Shown: positions 58,657-64,000 of the stretch, in pieces | How positions within the stretch are numbered: the stretch's first letter is position 1 | Layout: each line of letters starts with the position of its first letter | Source: the human T2T-CHM13v2.0 reference genome, Homo sapiens | Assembly: GCF_009914755.1 (NCBI RefSeq) | Contig: NC_060931.1 | Direction: 5' to 3' (one strand) | DNA length: 64,000 bases | Made by a program: the position numbers and the translations under genes | Notes under the pieces: model-generated | Told to the model about the DNA's origin: nothing | Seen by the model: only the letters and a program-made list of their open reading frames with translations | Database searches by the model: none

Positions 58657-61236
58657 TCACCTCCTCCCTCTCCTCCTCCTCTTCCTCCCTCTTCTCTTCC
58701 TCCCTCCTCTCCACCTCCTCTCTCCTCTCCTTTTTCACCTCCTCCCTCTCCTCCTCCCTCCTCTCCTTTTTCACCTCCTCCCTGTCCTCCTTCTCCCTCT
58801 CCTTCACTTCCTCCCTCTCCTCCTCCATCTCCTCCTCCTCCTTCTCATCTTCCTCCCTCCTCTCCCTCTCCTCCTCCCTCCTCTTCCTCTTCACCTCCTC
58901 CCTGTCCTCCTTCTCCCTCTCCTCTTCCTCCCTCTCCTCCTCCTCCATCTCCTCCTCCTCCTTCTCCTCTTCCTCCCTCCTCTCTCTTCTTCCTCACTCT
59001 CCTCCTCCTCCATCTCCTCCTCCTCCTCCTCTTCCTCCCTCCTCTGTCTCTCCTCTTCCTCACTCTCCTCCTCCTCCCTCTCCTTCTCCCTCTCCTCCTC
59101 CCTCTCCTTCTCCCTCTCCTCCTCCCTCTCCTTCTCCCTCTCCTCTCTCTCCTTCTCCCTCTCCTCCTCTCTCTCCTTCTCCCTCTCCTCCTCCCTCTTC
59201 TTCTCCCTCTCCTCCTCTCTCCTCCTCCCTCTCCTTCTCCCTCTCCTCCTCTCTCTCCTCCTCTCTCTCCTCTTCCTCCCTCTCCTCCTCTCTCTCCACT
59301 TCCTCACTCTCCTCCTCCTTCCTCTCCTTCTCCCTCTCCTCCTCCCTCTCCTTCTCCCTCTCCTCCTCCCTCTCCTTCTCCCTCTCCTCCTCCTTCTCCT
59401 TCTCCCTCTCCTCCTCCCTCTCCTTCTCCCTCTCCTCCTCTCTCTCCTCCTCGTCCTCTCTCTCCTCTTCCTCCCTCTCCTCCTCTCTCTCCACTTCCTC
59501 ACTCTCCTCCTCCTTCCCCTCCTTCTCCCTCTCCTCCTCCTTTTCCTCCTCCTCTCTTTCCTCCTCCTCTCCCTCCCTCTCCTCCTCCCTCTCCTTCTCT
59601 CTCCTCCTCCCTCTCCTCCTCCTTTTCCTCCTCCTCTCTTTCCTCCTCCTCTTCCTCCCTCTCCTCCTCCCTTTCCTCCTCCACTTTCTCCATCTCTTCC
59701 TCCTCTTCTTCCTCCTCCCTCTCTCCTCTCTTCTCCTCCCTCTCCCCTCCTCCCTCTCCTCCTCCTCCCTTTCTCCTTACTCTCCTCCTACTCTCTCCTC
59801 CTCCTCTCCTCCTCCCTCTCCTCCTCCTCTCTCTCCTCCTCCCTCTCCTCCTCCTCCCTCTCCTCCTCTCTCCCTTCTCCTCACTCTCCTCCTCTCTCCT
59901 TCTCCTCACTCTCCTCCTCCTCCCTCTCCTCCTCTCTCCTCCTCCTCTCTCCTCCTTCTCACTCTCCTCTTCCTCTCTCCTCCTCCTCACTCTCCTCTTC
60001 CTCTCTCCTTCTCCTCTCTCTCCTCCTCCTCTCTCCTTCTCCTCACTCTCCTCCTCCTCTCTCCTCCTCCTCACTCTCCTCCTCCCTCCTCCTCCTCACT
60101 CTCCTCCTCCCTCCTCCTCCTCTCTCCTCCTCCCTCTCCTCCTCCTCTCTCCTCCTCCTCCATCTCCTCCTCCCTCTCTTCTTCCTCCTGCTCTTCCTCT
60201 TCCTCCCTCTCCTCCTCCTCCCTCTTCTCCTCCCTCTCCTCCTCCCTCTCCTCCTCTTCCCTCTCCTCCTCATCTCCTTCTCCTCCTTCTCCTCCTCCAT
60301 TTCCTCCTCTTTGCTCTCCTCCTCATCTCCTTCTCCTCCTTCTCCTCCTCCATCTCCTCCTCCTTCTTCTCCCTCTCCTCCTTGCTCTTCTCCTAATCCT
60401 CCTTCCTTTCCTCTTCCTCTTCCCTCTCCTCCTCCTCCCTCTCCTCCTCCTCCCTCTCCTCCTCCTCCCTCTCCTCCTCCTCCCTCTCCTCCTCCTCCCT
60501 CTCCTCCTCCTTCCTCTCCTTTTCCCTCTCCTCCTCCTCCCTCTCCTCCTCCTCCCTCCTCTCCGTCTCCACCTCCTCCTTCTCCTCCTCCTCCCTCTCC
60601 TCCTCCTCTTCCTCCCTCTCCTCCTCCTCCATCTCCTCCTCCTCCATCTCCTCCTCTTCTTCCTCCCTCTTCTCCTCCTCCCTCTCCTCCTCCTCTTCCT
60701 CTCCTCCTCCCTCTCCTCCTCCTCCCTCTCCTCCTCCTCCTCCCTCTTCTCCTCCTCCCTCCTCTCCCTCTTCACCTCCTCCCTGTCCTACTTCTCCCTC
60801 TCCTCCTCTTCCTCACTTTCCTGCTCCTCCTCCATCTCCTCCTCCTCTTCCTCCCTCCTCTCCTCCTCCCTCCTCCTCCTCCCTCTCCTCCTCCTCCCTC
60901 TCCTCCTCCCTCTCCTCATCCTCTCTCCTCCCTCTCCTCCTACCTTTCCTCCTCCTCTTCCTCCCTCTCCTCCTCCCTTTCCTCCTCCACTTCCTCCTCC
61001 CTCTCCTCCCTCTCTTCCTCCTCCCTCTCCTCCTCCTCCCTCTCCTCCTCCTCCCTCTCCTCCTCCATCTCCTCCTCCTTCTCCCCCTCCTCCTCGCTCT
61101 TCTCCTCGTCCTTCCTCTCCTCTTCCTCTTCCCTCTCCTCCTCCTCCATCTTCTCCTTCTCCTCCTCCCTCTCCTCCTCTTCCCTCTCCTCCTCTTCCCT
61201 CTCCTCCTCCTCCCTACCTCTCCACTCCCCTCCTCT
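58657..61236. repeat. 2.6-kb polypyrimidine/polypurine low-complexity tract (CTC/CCT/CTT triplets)
   Basis: Nearly pure C/T on the + strand with only scattered A/G. Confidence 0.98.
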
Positions 61237-61494
61237 GGTGCTGTGGCTTTCCCTCTTTTCCTCCTCTCTTCCTTTCCCTCATTTTCTTTCTCCGCTTTTC
61301 CTGTTCTCTTTTCAACACTTTTATCCTCAGTATCATTTTCTCCACACACAATTCAATTTTAGAGAATGCTTGCATTTTTTTCACATTCAAACAGATCCAC
61401 AAATTCTTGTTAGATACACAAGAAACACATACAAGTGGAATTGGAAACACGCCCATGTCGGTCGCTGAGTTACAGAAGGGGCCATGCACTGTGA

Positions 61495-61718
61495 CTTCCT
61501 GATGCCAGAGGACACGCAGTGCCCCACACTGCTAAGCTCAGGGACGCAGCCTTCCTGATGCCGGAGGACACGCAGTGCCCCACACTGCTAAGCTCAGGGA
61601 TGCAGCCTTCTTGATGCCGGAGGACACGCAGTGCCCCACACTGCTAAGCTCAGGGACGCAGCCTTCCTGATGCCGGAGGACACGCAGTGCCCCACACTGC
61701 TAAGCTCAGGGATGCAGC
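61495..61718. repeat. 56-bp minisatellite, 4 copies
   Basis: CTTCCTGATGCCGGAGGACACGCAGTGCCCCACACTGCTAAGCTCAGGGA(C/T)GCAGC at 61495, 61551, 61607, 61663. Confidence 0.97.
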
Positions 61719-62406
61719 AAGGCTCTGGCAGATCCTGCCTGTCATGTCCTGTCCCCCGGACACTATGAAAGGGCAGTCCCGCTGCATCAGGGACATGCAT
61801 GCTCCTCTCACACATGTGGATTCAGAGCTAGGGCCAGAAGGTGTGCTTAGGCACAGCAGTCATTCCTGGGCTGCTGACATAATTCAGCGAACTTCACATC
61901 CCAGTGGGAAGGGCAGGCTCGCTCATTTATAATCAGTCTGCATGCAATGCCTACAGTAAAACTTTGAAATAGAAATGAAAATTTCTTTATTGTTATTTAC
62001 TTTAAAAGCACTGAAAGATCCACCAGAATAAGATGTCTGCTGAAAAGCTAGTTTCTTTCAACCACTGCTGAGGAAAATGGTTTAATCCATAATATTGATG
62101 CATAATTGACTTGTATAACATTAAAGGACCTTTAGAAAAATCTTTACACCACAGCAAAAAAAAAAAAAAAAATACCCCAATTCAAACCAAACGAGAGCAA
62201 AAACCAATTCAGACAGGAACCACTGAAGGAATTAAAAGTTACAGAACCAGAGTCTAAAGTGAGCACAGCAAACTCCGCGGTGACACCAGAGCTCCAAGAA
62301 CACACAGACTCCCTGTTTTCCTCCCTGGGGACAGGCTAGGAAGTGAGGAAGGCAACTGACCTTCTCAAAAGCCAACGCTCCGCCTGCATGGCTCAGGCTG
62401 ACGACT

Positions 62407-63047
62407 AAACATGTCCACGTGAATGCAGGCGTCGAATGCCCAAGTACATGTGAATACAGGTGTCGAATGCCCACGTAAACATGTAGATGTGAATACAGGC
62501 ATCAAATGCCCACGTACATGTGATTACAGTTGTTGAATGCCCACGTAAACATGTCCACGTGAATACAGGTGTTGAATGCCCACGTACATGTGAATACAGG
62601 CATCAAATGCCCACGTAAACATGTACACAGGTGAATGAATACAGGTGTTGGGTGCCCATGTAAACATGTACACGTGAATACAGGTATCGAATGCCTATGT
62701 AAACATGTACATGTGAATACAGGTGTTGGATGCCCACATACATGTGCATTCAGGTGTTGAATGTCCACATAAACATGTACATGTGAATACAGGTATCGAA
62801 TGCCTATGTAGACATGTACACATGAATACAGGCACTGGATGCCCACGTAAACATGTCCATGTGAATACATGCACTGAACGCCCATGTAAACATGTCCACC
62901 TGAATACAGGTGCCGAATGCCCACGTAAACATGTCCACGTGAATACGGGTGCCGAATGCCCACATAAACATGTCCACGTGAATACAGGTGCCGCCGAATG
63001 CCCACATAAACATGTCCACGTGAATACAGGCGCTGAATGCCCACATA
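62407..63047. repeat. 39/31-bp minisatellite, ~17 units
   Basis: TAAACATGT(C/A)CA(C/T)GTGAATACAGGTG.CGAATGCCCACG; 39- and 31-bp units alternate in the left part. Confidence 0.95.
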
Positions 63048-64000
63048 TGCAACAAGTCAATGTCTTCCTATGCCACTGCTCTCTGGACAGACCACATTCT
63101 GAAAACAATGATGAAGCCACACAGTGCTCAGCTCAAGTCCCAGGAACTTCCTGCTTTATGCTGGAAACGGGCCACAGCGCTCAAGCAGAGCTCCGCTCAC
63201 AGCCAGGTGGCCGTGTTCTCTGAGGGGTTGTGCCGGGGTCTTCAGACAGTGCCCTCCCTGGGGTCTTGGGACCCTCAAGCAAATGCCACCTAGAAGCAAA
63301 ACCTGACTTAGGTCACCAGGTGCAGGCCTTACATATAGAGGTAGTAGCGCTACATTGAGGATGCTGGACACGGCTTATCTCCTGGAGGAGGGCTGCCTCC
63401 TTGCCATGGGAGCCCCGCCCTGGCTGCCAGGCTTCCCTGGGCAAGGTCAGCAAGGCATGTGCTCGGTGGAGGAGGCCTAACTGTTGCTACTCTTGGTGAC
63501 CTGAGGTGAAAGGTCACGTGCTGGTCGCTTGTGCTGAGCAAGGCCTTGCTTCTCATCTGACCAAAGAAGACCGTGTTTCCTGGGACCCTGCAGGCTGCCA
63601 GAATGACCGCCCACCCGCTGCCCCTCACCACACACTGCTGCACTGTGCTCCACATCCTGACAGGCAGCAGGAACCCCCAAATTCCCTCCTCAGGCCAGTG
63701 CCCTCCACGTTGTCCCCAGCAGGGCGACGGAGGGTGGGGGCGGCAGGCTGTCTCCGGTGCTTGCCTTCTCTGTCTAAATAACTTGCTTCTCACCCTGCTG
63801 CAGGAGTCTCCGAAGCACAAAGGCTGACCCTAGACTCTGGCCAGGACGAGCTGGGGTGAGGGGCCCCGGCCAGAAGGATGTCCTGATGAGGGGTCCTGAG
63901 GGTCTGGGGAAGGCGCTGTGGCCTGAATGCTCACCCTATGGCTGGGTCACCCAGGGCACCCCGAGGTCATCAGCCTGAGGAAGAGTGCTGGGTGATTTCA

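Noticed and set aside
58496-61468. 978-aa Leu/Pro/Ser ORF and minus-strand Glu/Arg-rich trichohyalin-like ORFs
   Set aside because: A C/T-only strand cannot contain stops; the E/R-rich reading switches frame and is interrupted by stops; no splice or domain support

Overview
This is hominid (very likely human) nuclear DNA, judged from AluJ/AluS and a young L1PA2. It is GC-rich and unusually dense in minisatellites, as is typical of a distal/subtelomeric chromosome band. I find no supportable protein-coding gene, RNA gene or CRISPR array: every long ORF in the track is a tandem-repeat, low-complexity or LINE-1 artefact. The window holds: (i) about 25 tandem duplications at all stages, from 2-copy duplications to 3.2-3.5 kb VNTRs (32-bp and 41-bp units); (ii) three long low-complexity tracts ((TCCA)n, CA-rich, and a 2.6-kb polypyrimidine tract); (iii) interspersed repeats, namely a 5'-inverted (twin-primed) L1PA2 with an 18-bp TSD, two L1MB 3' ends, an old L1PA 3' end, two Alus, two MaLR LTRs, MER47A and L2/MIR relics; (iv) two short non-tandem local duplications; (v) a small CpG island with a perfect CArG box and several motif-dense enhancer-like islands. 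I cannot support a new gene-encoded system. The most notable observations concern repeat biology: a minisatellite born from L1 ORF2 sequence, three VNTRs that appear to share a motif or ancestry (two sit adjacent in inverted orientation), VNTRs that multimerise G4 or transcription-factor motifs, and unit lengths that seem to cluster near multiples of the DNA helical repeat. All repeat-family names come from recalled consensus sequences, not a database search. All counts are by eye.
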